Positions 12,511-24,814 are shown, counted from the stretch's first letter. The stretch: 64,000 bases of DNA from Sphyrna mokarran (GCA_024679065.1 JAGIQG010000016.1:1922001-1986000), one strand, 5' to 3'. Translations and numbers: made by a program. The notes: generated by a model not told the origin, from the sequence alone.

Positions 12511-12786
12511 ATCCCCCACGGAAAACGATGGTGTCCATCAGTGGATCCTCAGGTGGGATCAGAGAGGGAAGCAATATCACATTAAGCTGCTCCGGTGAAA
12601 GTGTGCCTCCGATATCTCATTATACCTGGTTCAGAGTCAAAGGGAACACCAGCACCCAGTTAAAGACAAGTATCCGCACTCTCTTCTTCACTCCTGTAAC
12701 ACGGGAGAATGATACAAATTTCTACTGCACAGTGAGGAATCCATTGGGTAACAGCACCTCCAATGTTACCCACCTGGATGTGCAAT
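12511..12786 (+). CDS. Gene 1, CD22-like C2/I Ig exon
   Basis: ttccag|ATCCCCC..CAAT|gtaagc, 276 bp; YPPRKTMVSI..EGSNITLSCSGESVPPISHYTWF..FYCTVRNPLG..HLDVQ. Confidence 0.92.
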
Positions 12787-12939
12787 GTAAGCATTTAACT
12801 CTATCCATCTCTTCTTAAAAACCCAACACTTCCTGTCTTAGGTCAGCTGCCTGCTGGAGTTTAGCATAACCAGCTAAAGGCACAGTTACCAATGGTGGAG
12901 TGATGACAACTGGGGGGTGTTCAAGGGATTGAAATAGAA

Positions 12940-13925
12940 GGAGCGCAGAAATCGCAGAAGGTTGTAGAGTTGAAGAAGATCACAGAGATATGGAATTCTG
13001 CAGGGAGTAGATTGGGAGGTTTGTAGAGGCTGGAGAAGATTACAGAGTAGGGTCTGGAGTAGGTTGCAGAGATAGGGAGGATGGTAGTGGCTGGAAGACG
13101 TTACAAAGATAGGGAAGAGTTGTAGGGGCCGGAGGAGGTTGCAGTGATAGAGTTGTAGGGGCTGGAGAAAATTACAGAGATAGGGAGGGTTGCAGGATCA
13201 GAAGGAGGTTACAGAGTTAGGGAGGGTTGTCGAGGCTCAAGGCAGTTACAGAGATAGGGAGGATTGTAGGAGATTATAGAGATAGGGAGGGGTGTCAGGG
13301 CTGAAGGAGATTACGTGACTGGAGAAGGTTACAGTGATAGAGATGGTTGTACGGGCTGGAGGAAATTACGGAGATAGAGAATTGTAGGAGCTGGAGGCTA
13401 CAGAGATAGAGAGAGTTGTAGGGGCTGGAGGGGGTTACAAAGATAGGGAGGGTTGTAGGGTTGAAGGAGGTTACAGAGATAGGGAGGGGTGTAGGGGCTG
13501 GAGGGTTACGGAGATAGGGAGCATCGTAGGGAGCTGGGGGAGAATGCAGAGATAGGGAGGATTGTCAGGACTGAGGGAAGATACAAAGATAGAAAAGTAG
13601 AGGTAATAGAGAGAGAGAGAGAGAGAGAGAGAGGAGTATTGTAGGGCTGACAAGGGTTTATAGAGATATGGAGGGTTGTCGTGATTGGAAGAGGTTACAG
13701 CGATCGGCAGGATTGTTGAGGCTAGATGAGCATTCGGGGATAGGGAGAATTGTTGGGGCTCAAGGTGTTTATAGAGATAGGAGGATTGTTGGGGCTGGAA
13801 AATGTTACTGGAGTAGAAAGGGTGTAGGTGCTGGAGGAGGTTTCTGAGATAAGCAAAGGTTGGAAGAGCTGGAGGGGTTATAGAAATAGGGAGAGTTGGA
13901 GGAGCTGAAGGAGATTATAGAGATG
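12940..13925. repeat. Degenerate purine/G-rich tandem repeat, ~37-bp unit (GGAGGAGGTTACAGAGATAGGGAGGGTTGTAGGGGCT), with internal (GA)n
   Basis: Recurring TTACAGAGATAGGGAGG..TTGTAGGGGCTGGAG motifs. Confidence 0.9.
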
Positions 13926-14171
13926 TCATTGTCGCTCATTGAACAACAAAGAACGATGAGTGACTAGGGCTCAGTGCGAGTTTGGACACGGGGTAGTAGA
14001 GTTTGGGATGAGTTGAAATTCCTGAATGTTTGAAGATGGGAGTCTGGACAGGAGTGTTGGGATAGTTGAGTCTGAGATATCGGAGTCACGGATGATTATT
14101 CCATGTTCAGAATCTATCTTGCGCTCTAACCCTGCTCCGAGGTTGCCTCAGTATTCTCCTTCTCTCCTCAG

Positions 14172-14465
14172 ATAAGCCTGAGATTTCCCAGGAGCCAGCC
14201 TGCACTCACACTTCACAGGGGATCACCTGTGTCTGTGTGGCCAACTCCAACCCACCTGGAGATCTCATTTGGCACCTGCCCCATGCCAACATTAGTGATA
14301 ACCAAACGCAAGGATGGTTGGTGTCGCGGCGAGTCAGAGATGGGCATCTGGTGACTGGTTCCCTGATCCTGCTAGGGCCCCAGGATGAGGAGGAAGTGAC
14401 GGCAATCTGCTCGGTTCGAAACCCGCACGGGGAAGCCATGTTCAAGATATATCTGTGGGTCAAAG
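14172..14465 (+). CDS. Gene 1, membrane-proximal Ig exon resembling MAG/Siglec-4 domain 5
   Basis: cctcag|ATAAGCC..AAAG|gtgaga, 294 bp; YKPEISQEPACTHTSQGITCVCVANSNPPGDLIWHL..ICSVRNPHG, with the C..CxC..SNP pattern of MAG D5. Confidence 0.9.
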
Positions 14466-14954
14466 GTGAGAGAATGGTTCAAGATCGATCTCTACACAGT
14501 CCCTTGATGCTTGAACTCTTGAATTCCTTCCCTTGCCCACTCCAGCTCTCTGTCTCTGTCTCTCTGTCTCTCTGTCTCTCCCCCCCTCTCCTTTAAATTG
14601 CTCTTTACAACATCTTTGACCAAGTTTTTACTCAGCTGACGTTATGAAACAAAGGCAGCACTTGGTCACATTGGAGCCAGGTTGTTCAGGAATAGTGTCT
14701 GGTAACATTTCTTCACACGAAAATGAATGGAAATCGAGACCTCACTCCCCTGAAATAAAGCCATTGCATGAAAATGAGTACAGATGATACAAACTGATGT
14801 TAAAGTGGGGAAGACATGTGTCAGGACCTAGCCTTTCATTCTCACTCCTTGACTTAATTTTAGAAGAATTTGTCTTATCATTTATAAGGATGAAGGTACA
14901 GATTCAATGTCTGTGCTTAACCATTTATGTGCTGATGACAGGCTTTCTTGTGTT

Positions 14955-15370
14955 TAGAACATAAGAACATAAAAAATAGGAGCAGGAGTAGGCCATCTAG
15001 CCCTTTGAGCCTGCTCCGCCATTCAATAAGATCATGGCTGATCTGAAGTGGATCGGTTCCACTTTCCCACCTGCGCCTCATATCCCTTAATTCCCTTACC
15101 TATCAGAAGTCTACTTATCTGTAACTTAAACATATTCAACAAGGTAGCCTCCACCACTTCAATGGGTAGAGAATTCCAGAAATTCACCACTCTCTGAGTG
15201 AAGAAGTTCCTCTTCAACTCTGCTCTAAACTGCATCCCCCTCCCCCTCTTATTTTGAGGCTGTGCCCTCTAGTTCTGGTTTTCTTTCTAAGTGGAAAGAA
15301 TCTTTCTACCTCTACTCTTTTTAGCGCCTTCATTATCTTGTAAGTCTCTATAAGATCCCCGCCTCAGCCC
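14955..15370 (-). mobile_element. CR1 LINE 3' fragment
   Basis: NFFTQRVVNFWNSLP; (AACATAAG)n tail. Confidence 0.85.
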
Positions 15371-15852
15371 ACTAATACCCAAAAAGTCTATTTAATCTCT
15401 CGAAACAAGGGTTTAAATAGGAGTTTTTTTTATCGATCAAGCACATGCGCAAACATAGACAAAATAACAAGTTGTTCAACAATACGGGGTTAAGTCTGGC
15501 AAACCTGCAAATCACTATTACTCTGGTAAACTTTCTACCTGTATAGTTTATCTTCATAGAAACACAAATAGTGACAGCCAATAAAGTTTCAGTTAATCTT
15601 TGCAGCAATTGTAGGTATCAGAAAACTCAGGAGTTGTCTTTGCATGTCCTACTTGTAATCCTGAGCATTTTCAAAAACTACAAACTGGTAATATCAGACT
15701 TCAGGACACCCACGGCAGTCATCTTAAAGCAGTCTCTCTGCTTGATTTAAACAGTCTTCTTAAAGTAGTTCAATATATATCTGATCCGATGATAAAATAA
15801 AAGATAAGCCTTCAATCCCTCGAACTTTAGAAGGTTAGCAAGTTACTTATAT

Positions 15853-16672
15853 TGTTAGGGACCAGATCAGAAATTCTAAGACATATCATGAAGTTAACGT
15901 AGACCCTAACCGTTTTTGATTTTGGTAGTGTGGCCAGCATAAGGTTGTTCGTTCCAGGTATAATTCTATGAACCGGTTGGGAAGTTTTTATTAAAAGAAA
16001 CTTTCTTTAACAACAAGGTTAAAATATAACAAAAAGAATTAACATAACTGATCAATTTAAGTACATAAACATGACAAGTTATAATTCTTAACAGCTAGCT
16101 ATCTCTATTGTTCCAATTTAAGCAATGTCTTCATAGACATACATTATTCTTCAGAAGCAGTTAGCACCACAAACAGATATGCTCACACAGATGCTAGACT
16201 TCCAGCCTTTAATCCCTTTAGACAAATACAGAATGACACCTGACTCCCAAACAGCAGCTTCCACAGACTGAGCTACCTTCAAGCAACAGAACTTCAGATA
16301 AAGAAACCAACATTCTAACATGTGCCAGTCTCCAAATCCAGACAAAGATACAGACAGAGAGCTATTCTCTCTACAGATTCCAAACAGCAACTGAGCTGGG
16401 TTTCTCTCTGTGAGCCTAGCCCTGCCTAGTCACGTCACTTTTCCTGTCAAACCGCTGATCAAACCCCAGGGGAAAACATGAACATAACAACCCTGCATTA
16501 GTCCAGATTAAAACAAGCATTTCAGCAATTGAGATCACTTATGCTGCTGCTGTAATAACTGGGGATGTCAGTTACAGACAAAGTGTCATCAAAAAATGGA
16601 AGGGACTACTAAAAAACACCTACACCAGAAACATAACACAAATACATTTCTTAAATGCACAGCATTGTCACA
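15853..16672 (-). mobile_element. Solo LTR (Gypsy-like family recurring in this window)
   Basis: TG..CA ends, 4-bp TSD ATAT (15849-15852, 16673-16676), homologous to 59273-60127. Confidence 0.75.
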
Positions 16673-16975
16673 ATATAAAAATATTAATGAGAAATGAAAT
16701 CTGATTTTAGTATGAATATCAACTCTGCTCGAAACAACTTAGCCTGGCAGACCTGTGGAGGTACTGGTGCCCAACATGGATCCTCTGAAACGGCTGCCAC
16801 TGATGTCTCCCAGCCTGTTGCACTTCTCGAACGATGTAGGGAGCTGGGAGAATCACCCCCAATATGCTGATATTGCCAGAGAATGAATATTTAAAAATTG
16901 AGTGTAATGCTTCTGAAGATATATTGGAACATCTTTCTAAAAGTGTAGTACAGTAATTAATGTTTATTTTTACAG

Positions 16976-17072
16976 ACAGAGACTTCAGTAAATGGACAGT
17001 AGTATTGCTCATGGCTGGAATCATTTTGGGTATTTTCTTGGCTGGAATCTTCAATGTTGTGTATATGAGAAA
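16976..17072 (+). CDS. Gene 1, transmembrane exon
   Basis: ttacag|AC..AA|gtaagt, 97 bp, phase 1-2; DRDFSKWTVVLLMAGIILGIFLAGIFNVVYMRK. Confidence 0.88.
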
Positions 17073-17497
17073 GTAAGTTTGATGTTAAATTGATTCTATT
17101 TTGAAATATTTAATGTATTTTCCAAAGTCTGTAATTGTTTCCCATGGGTCAGAAGTTAAATGCCTCAGCTGTAAGTGTTCTCTGTGTCCTTATTGATCAG
17201 GAGTGCATCTTTCATTATCCTGCTTCCAGCTAAATGAGAATGGGTTTTTCTGCTTTGGAAAGTGTTGCCTGAAATGGCAGCGGAAGCAAATTCAATAGGA
17301 ATATTCAAAAGGGGGAATCGGAGAAATATTCGAAGCGCCGAATTATCAGAAGAGTGGAGGAAAGAGCAAGGTGGGGGAGTTGGATTTCAGGACAGTCAAT
17401 AGTTGGGGTTCAGTTACAGTGAGCTCTGTGACTGGGCTGCACTGATTCTCAGACATATGATAACCACACTGTGATATTGTGATATTCTGTGTTACAG

Positions 17498-17579
17498 AAG
17501 AAAGACAACAACTGAGGAGGGAGCTTCAGAGACCAGTGACATTACGTTGATCTCCATTCCACGTTCTCTGAAGTACCAG
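17498..17579 (+). CDS. Gene 1, first cytoplasmic exon
   Basis: ttacag|AAGAAAG..CCAG|gtacag, 82 bp, phase 2-0; RKTTTEEGASETSDITLISIPRSLKYQ. Confidence 0.78.
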
Positions 17580-17634
17580 GTACAGGAGCAGTTTACACTT
17601 GCTTCAAAGAATTAGTAGACAACACGTGTCCCGG

Positions 17635-17931
17635 TATAGAATTCCTACAGTGCAGAAGGAGGCCAAAACCAACAACAACCTTACCCAAGCTGTATCCCCA
17701 TAACCCCATATATTTATCCTCTAATCCCCTGACACTAAGGGACAATTTAACCTGGACAATCCATGTAACCTACATATCTCTAGGAAAAAATCAGAGCATC
17801 TGAAGGAAACCCACATAGATATGGGGAGAAAGTGTAAACCCCAAATAGGCAGTCATCCAAGGCTGGAATCAAACCTGGGCCTCTGGTGCTGGGAAGCAGC
17901 AGCTGCCAATAAATGTGCCATCGTGCCGTCC
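17635..17931 (-). mobile_element. HE1-like SINE
   Basis: Homologous to 25932-26259. Confidence 0.8.
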
Positions 17932-17949
17932 ATAATCTACTCTCCCAGT

Positions 17950-18300
17950 ATCAGTGCCGAGAGAGTGCCACTGTCCGGGGATCAGTGCTGAGGGAGTGCT
18001 GCACTGTCAGAGGGTCTATACTGAGGGAGTGCTGCACTGTGAGAGGGTCAATACTGAGGGAGTGCTGCATTGTCAGAGGATCAGTACTGAGGGAGTGCCG
18101 CACTGTCAGAGTATCAGTGCTGAGGAAGTGCTGCACTGTCAGAGGGTCAATGCTGAGGGAGTGCTGCACTGTCAGAGGATCAGTACTGAAGGAGTGCCAC
18201 ACTGCCAGAGGGCCAGTACTGAGGGAGTGCCACACTGTGAGAGAGTTAGTACTGAGGGATTGCTGCACTGTCAAAGAGTCAGTACCGAATGCTGCATTGC
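17950..18300. repeat. 33-bp minisatellite, opposite orientation to 2290-2677
   Basis: (AGGGAGTGCTGCACTGTCAGAGGGTCAGTACTG)n, about 10 copies. Confidence 0.93.
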
Positions 18301-18391
18301 CAATGTTGCACTAACAAAGCTACACTATAATTTAACCCTATCAGTGCCAGGGACTGATGTGAGAATGTATTCTATTTCCATTTCTCTGTAG

Positions 18392-18616
18392 GAAAAACAG
18401 CTGTTTATTGACCCCCAGAACACAGCCAGCGACACAACTAGAGAGGGGGAGACACCTGCTCCCTGGGCTCTCTCTGAAGGTTCATTGGAAGGCGATACTG
18501 GACCTGGAAACCCCGACAATCCTGACTACCTTCTCTATGGGAATCCCCAAGTCTTGAGGGTGATCGATGACGAGATTGTTCACAGAGACAAGAAGACAAA
18601 ATTCCAGTCGAACTGA
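18392..18616 (+). CDS. Gene 1, last coding exon (cytoplasmic tail)
   Basis: ctgtag|GAAAAAC..TGA, phase 0; EKQLFIDPQ...GNPDNPDYLLYGNPQVLRVIDDEIVHRDKKTKFQSN*; all ten exons join in frame. Confidence 0.75.
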   Translation, partial: EKQLFIDPQNTASDTTREGETPAPWALSEGSLEGDTGPGNPDNPDYLLYGNPQVLRVIDDEIVHRDKKTKFQSN

Positions 18617-19894
18617 GCATGAAACTGGGAGAGAGGGTGAGAGAGTGGGGATAGGGTTTGAGATTCTGGGAAAACGAAACAACCCAGTGGGAGAGAGAGG
18701 GAGAAAGGGATTAAATGGGTCAGTTGGAAGGATTTGGGATGAATTGCTTCTCCAGTGAAGGCTTGATGCTGTGCCACAGCGTTCTATCTTTCTGTCACTC
18801 TGGTCTCTCCCTCTCCTTCCTTGTGTCTGTCTGTTTTATGCATTCTCTGTCTCCCTTTATTTCTTATCTCTCTCCCGCTGTCTCTACTCAAACACACAAT
18901 TATCAAACCTGATGGATGGAGAGAGTGATACAAGTTCACTCTGTGGACACAAGAGAATTTTGTAGCACAGGAGGAGGCCATTTGGTTCTTCATGCATGTC
19001 TGTCCTATCCTTTTAACCCAAATTTTTCCTCCATTTGGCCCAACTCCCCTTGTTATCTCTCAGGACTCCTCCATGAGTGCCAATCTTCTGTTCCAAACCT
19101 TCTAAAGAATTCCAATCTCAAAGATTTCCCCATTTCTCTATTTAAATCAATTCTGGATTCTCTTTGTTCTCAGCCTATATTCCCAATCTCAATGACCCTT
19201 TGCGTCAAGACAAACATGCATCAGCTCTTTCTTCATTTCACATAGGAAAGGATAAATGGAAGAGGTCACTTAACCCATCCAACTATCCCTGGCCCATAAA
19301 CCCTGGAATCATCCATTACATCATCTCTCGGTTTCCTGAATGACTCCAGTGTTTCTGCTCTCCCCTTCCTAAATATCACCACCTCTCTCTCCCTTCTCCT
19401 TTGAGACTTTTCTTAAAAACAAACCTCTTTGACCTAGCTTTTAGCTAACTGTCTCTAATATCTCCTTGTGTGCCTCAGTGATGGATTTCTATCTGTTTAA
19501 CAACCTGCTGAAGATCCTCTGGACCTTCACTACATTAATGCCTGTTGTTGTAACTTCGATGTATGTCGATTCAGACTGGAACCATGAAGGTTCCTTTGAC
19601 AGGGCGTGTATGCAGTGGATGCAAGTAAATGCTTTGCAGAACAACAAATGAGCATGTCCTTTGAGTCACATGCCTCTAGTCCTGCTGTGTGAACACATCA
19701 TAGCTGAGAGACTGCCTCACTGCGTACAGCCAACACAGTTGAATAGTAATGAACAGAAACGTGGTGTCACTGAGCTTTATTATCAGATCTGAACGAGCTT
19801 TCTGAAAACTTGTTCATTCTGTGATAGATCACAAGAAGCTTTTGCATTTTGTGTAATATTGTACTTATTAACACAGGCAATTAAAATGCTCAGA

Positions 19895-20600
19895 TCTAAC
19901 CATCAATGGATTACCATTGCTGAATGTGCCGCAATTAACATCCAAGTGTTACCATTGACCAGAAACGGAACTGGACCTAGCTATATAAATATTGTGGCTA
20001 CCAGACCAGGTCAGAGGCTGGGAATGCTGTGGCGAGTAATTCATCTCTTGATTCCCCAAAGCCTGTTCACCATCTACAAAGATACAAGTCAGGAGTGTGA
20101 TGGAATACTCTCAATTGCCTGGATGGTGTAGCTCCAACAACACACGAGAAACTCAACACCATCCAGGACAAAGCAGCCCCGCTCAATCGACATGCTAACC
20201 ACAACCATTCACTCCCTCCATCACTGATGCACGTGACAACCGTGTGTACCATCTACAAGATGTACTGCAGCAACTCACCAAGGTTCCTTAGGCAGCACCT
20301 TCCAAACCCACCATCTCTACCATCTAGAAGGTCAATGGCAGCAGATATCTGGGAACACCCCCATCTGCAAGTTCCTCTCCCAGTCACTCACTATCCTGAT
20401 TTGGAAATACATCGGAAGTTCCTTCATTGTTGCTGGATCAAAATCCTCCCTAACAGCACTGAGTGTATCTACACCACACAGGATTGCACCAGCTCAAGAT
20501 GGTGGCTCACCCACCACATTCTCAAGGGCCAATTAGGGATGGGCAATAAATGATCATTTAGCCAATAATGCCCACATGCCATAAATGAATAAAAAAAGTC
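19895..20600 (+). mobile_element. Old LINE (CR1-clade) 3' region; family also at ~5700-6400, 10650-10900, 29090-29340, 41810-42590, 56040-57760(-)
   Basis: Recurrent motifs CCATCCAGGACAAAGCAGCCC, ACCATCTACAAGATGCACTGCAG, GGGATGGGCAATAAATG. Confidence 0.7.
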
Positions 20601-20831
20601 ACAATCTCCTGCCAGACGTGGAACTGTAACTTCACCATTATCCTTCTCAGAGACTGCAGGATAGCTCCAAATTATTTGTCACATTATTAAGATACAGGGA
20701 ATAGGAGCAATCTCCACACTGCAGTTACAATTTTGTTCAGACAGCGGATGGGTGAAAGCTTCCCTCCTGCTAAGATTTGAGGGCAGGGTCAGTTCTGACT
20801 GTGAAACCCTCACACAGATCATCTGCTCTCT

Positions 20832-21045
20832 GTTCTTTACTCAAAGAGTGATTAGGGAGTGGAATGCCCTGCCTGCAGCTGTTGTAGATGTGCCAAGTTT
20901 GGTGGCGTTTAAGAGGTTAGTTGATAAGTATATGGAAGAGAAGGGAATGGTTTAGTTAGGAGGGGCATTGCTTTTTATTTTGGTCGGCACAACATCGAAG
21001 GCCGAAGGGCCTGTTCTGTGCTGTATTGTTCTATGTTCTATGTTC
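20832..21045 (+). mobile_element. Young CR1 3' fragment
   Basis: Nearly identical to 4968-5183. Confidence 0.92.
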
Positions 21046-21639
21046 ATCCATGCCCTAACTAATGGTTTTAGACATAGAGGGGAACATCCAAGTGGAGGGT
21101 ATTTCCAGGTATCTGCTGCCCTTGTCCTTCTAGATGGTAGAGATGGGGGGTGGGTGAAGTAATGAGTTTGGAAACTAGTGCCTGAGGAGCCTTGGTGAGT
21201 TGCTGCAGTATATCTTGTAGATGGTACATACGGCTGTCACTGTGCAACAGTGTATGTCTGATAGGATATATACTGTGGAAGGCCTGTTGATTGCAGCTGG
21301 AATAAGAAACCCAGCAGCTTACCTAAGACAGAATGATGGAGTGGCGGTGGGAGCGGGCGGGGGTGGGGGGTGAGGGGAGTGGTGTGGGTGGCGGTGGTGA
21401 TGGGAAGCAGTGGGGTAAATAAATATCCATCTCCTCTCAACATCCCTCATACTAAGAAGGAACATTTGTTTCAAGACTGAGGCCAGAGTGTGACAACTTG
21501 AGAATAGCTGACATTGAAACCAGCATCAAACAGCACACCAGCAGATAAGATCAGAAAGGAACAGAAAATAAAGCTTCTTTATCTGAGTTCACATAAGAGA
21601 GACTCTAACCTTATCTCCCTTTGATATGGCCAATCAATG

Positions 21640-22075
21640 GATATTTGAACTCTGATCTTTGGGTAAGCGTTCTCCAAGGCGGCCTTCATACACATGACAA
21701 CGCAGAGTTGCTGAGCAGAAACTGATAACCACATAAGAATGGCCTCAACTGGGATCTTGGGTTCATGTCACACTATCTATAACCCCCATGACTTGCCTGG
21801 GTTTGCAAAATTTCACTACCTTTCCTGTCTGGAAACAATACACATCTCTTTAATTTGTGCTTAATGCTCTCTCCACTTACATTGTTTGTACATTTAAGAC
21901 TTGATTAGCTGTAAAGGCTCATATTTCAATCATTATTCTGTAAACTGAGTCTGTGTCTTTATATGGTCTGTGTGTAAAAAGATCTCCCACTCACGTGACG
22001 AAGGAGCAGCAAGCGCTCGGAAAACTAGTGGTATTTGCTACCAGGTAAACCTGTTGGATTTTGGCCTGATATTAC
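21640..22075 (+). mobile_element. Penelope-like element 3' end (GIY-YIG C-terminus + pLTR with degenerate hammerhead)
   Basis: VSVLQGGL..RVAEQKLI..NGLNWDLGFMSHY; downstream cac-GTGACGA-AGGAGC..GCTCG-GAAA-ACT-A-gtg at 21992-22030. Confidence 0.8.
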
Positions 22076-22259
22076 AGGATTTCTTGCTCAAAATCCTGGA
22101 ACACTCTCCCGAACAGCACAGTGGGTGTACCTGCACTACACGGGTTGGAGCGGATCAAGAATACTGCTCACCACCATCTTCTCAAAGAGCAACTAAGGAT
22201 TTGCAATAAACACTGGGCCTAGGCAGCAACATCCATGCCCAATGAAAGAATCAAACAAA

Positions 22260-24065
22260 GTACATTTGCAACTACTTTCAAGAATTGATAGTGCCCAGAC
22301 AGATAAATGAGCATAAGATAGCTACAAATTGCAAGGTGACCAGAGTTGGAAATTGAATATTAGAGGGTAATTGACATTTTTGAAGGGAAGGAACAAATGA
22401 AAAGAAGGTGGGGTACCTCTGTTCATAAAAGATGAGGTCTGCAATGAAGTCACAGTGTTTTAGGCTCAGAGGTGAACAGGCACAACCATTTGGGGAGAGA
22501 CAAGAAATAGCAAGGGAAATAAGTCACTGGCGGGATTAGTTTATAGGCTTCCTGAGAATAGTTACACTAGAGGACAGAGTACAGCTTAGTATATGCTGGA
22601 GGTTTGAGAGAAAGATGCTAATGATCATTGGAAATTTTAATCATAATTTCGAATCGGGAAATCAAATTTGCAAAAGTGATTCAAAGCTATTTTACTGATT
22701 GTATTCAAGACAATTGCTTCCAACAATTAATTGTGGAATCAACTAGAGAGCAAGATATTTAAGGTTTGGTAATGTTGCATGACACAATATTAATTAATGT
22801 CTCAAAATAAAGAATCTTCAAGGGAAGAGTGATCATTACATGTTGGAATTTTATATTCAGGCAGTGAGTGAAAAACCTGAGTATGAAACTAGTGTCTTAA
22901 ATGTAAATTAAAGTGATTACAAAGTTTTGAAAACAGAATTTCCTAAAGAAGAGAAACACAGTTAGTCAAAAGATGGCAATATCTAGTGGCAGATATTTAA
23001 AGAGATATTTCAAAAATTCCAAGAAAGATATATTGCATTGAGAAAGAAAGACTATCAGAATGATGAACTATTCATGGCTAACTAGTGCAGTTAAACGTCA
23101 TATAGAGAGAAACTGGAATATGTTGGGGTGAAATATCAGAACGGATGAAGGACTGGCTAGCTCACAGGAAACAGAGAGCTGGGGTAAATGGGTCATTTTT
23201 AGGTTGGCAAACTAAGTAGGAGCGTGTCACAGGAATCAGTGATGTGGTTTCAACTTTTTACAATCCACGTGAATGACTTGGATGAAGAAAACAACTGAAC
23301 TGTAGCCAGACTTTCTGACTATATTCTTAAAATAAGTGGGAAAGATTTAAGCTCAGTAGGAAATAAAATTGTGAGGAGGACACAGCGAGGCTGCAAAGGG
23401 ATATAAATAGTTTGAGTGGGCAAAATATTTGTTGGATGGAACATTATGAGGGACAATGTGAAGTAAACCATTTGGTAGGAAGAATAGAAAAGCAGATCAT
23501 TTAAATGCGGAGTCTACACAGGAATCTGGGTGTTCTTGGATATGAATCATAAAATATTAGCGTGGAAGTACAGTAAATAGCCATAAGATCCTACAGTGTA
23601 GAAAGAGGCCATCTATCCCATGAAGTCTGAACTGATCTCATCAAAAGACCACCCTACACTGGCGCTCCCCTCTGCCCTATCTTGTAATCCACCAAACCTA
23701 CACATCTGTGTGTGGTGGGGGGAGAGGGAATTTACCATGGCCATCCACCTAACCTGTAAATCGTTGGGCTGTAGGAGAAAACCGGAGAATTTGGAAGAAA
23801 CTCATGCAGACACGGGAGGACATGAAAAGTCCACTTAGACGGTCACCCAAGGTCAGAATCAAATCCAGGTCCATGGCACTGTGAAGCAACAGTGCTAACC
23901 ATTGTGGTACTCTTAATTAGGAAGACAAATGGAATGTTGGTATTAATTGCCATGGAGATGGAGTATTAAAGTAAAGATTTGCTACAACTGTACAGGACAT
24001 TGGTGAGACAACACCAACAGTACTGTGTACAATATTGGTCCCCATCTTTGAGGAGGGTTATATTT
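22260..24065 (+). mobile_element. Heavily degenerate CR1 LINE with a nested HE1-like SINE (23582-23910, minus)
   Basis: Remnant endonuclease/RT motifs with many stops. Confidence 0.75.
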
Positions 24066-24222
24066 GCTGTGATGAGTTTACAATCTAACTTTCATATCTG
24101 AAGTCCATAAGATCTGGTGTATCTCTAAACTAACTTCCCTCAACCTCAGTCAGAGGGAGCTAGATTCCAGGACATCTAATTAGCACCTCCCACCTATTGG
24201 AAGAAAGTCAATCCAGAGTGTA

Positions 24223-24497
24223 TGGCACAGGCACAATGGTTAACACTGCTGCTTCACAGCACTAGGGACCTGGGTTTGATTCCTGGTTTGGGTTATTGTT
24301 TGTGCAGAGTCTGTATGTTCGCCCTGTGTCTGCATGTATTTCCTATGGGGTGCTCCAGTTTCCTCCCACATTATTAAATGCGTGCTGGTTAGATGCTTTG
24401 ACCCAAACAAGCACCAGAGAGTGACGACTAGGGGAATTTCACAGTAACTTCATGGCTGTTTTAATGCAAGCCTTACTTATGACACTAATAAATAAAT
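24223..24497 (+). mobile_element. tRNA-derived SINE (second subfamily, also 52761-53058)
   Basis: tRNA-like head TGGTTAACACTG..GGTTTGATTCC; tail GACACTAATAAATAAA. Confidence 0.8.
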
Positions 24498-24814
24498 TGT
24501 TACTTTAAGAGTAATCTTGCTCCTAATAGTCTAAAATTCAATTGTTTTTAGCTAGGTAGAAATTCTCCAGATATTGCAACGGTCCAGTTAATAACTCCTC
24601 AGAAATTAATCCCCCACTAAATGGAATAGAAATTAGGTTTGCACAGTGTTTGATACAGAACATGAAATATAACAATTTAAGCTTTAAGTAAACGCAAATT
24701 TAATTTTATCAAAAAGCTTGCAAGTTGATGAACAATTCTTATTTCTAGGAGGGAATCCCAAATGTAAACTTTTACCAAAACAAATACTAGATTGGTTCCA
24801 CAACATCAATGCTA

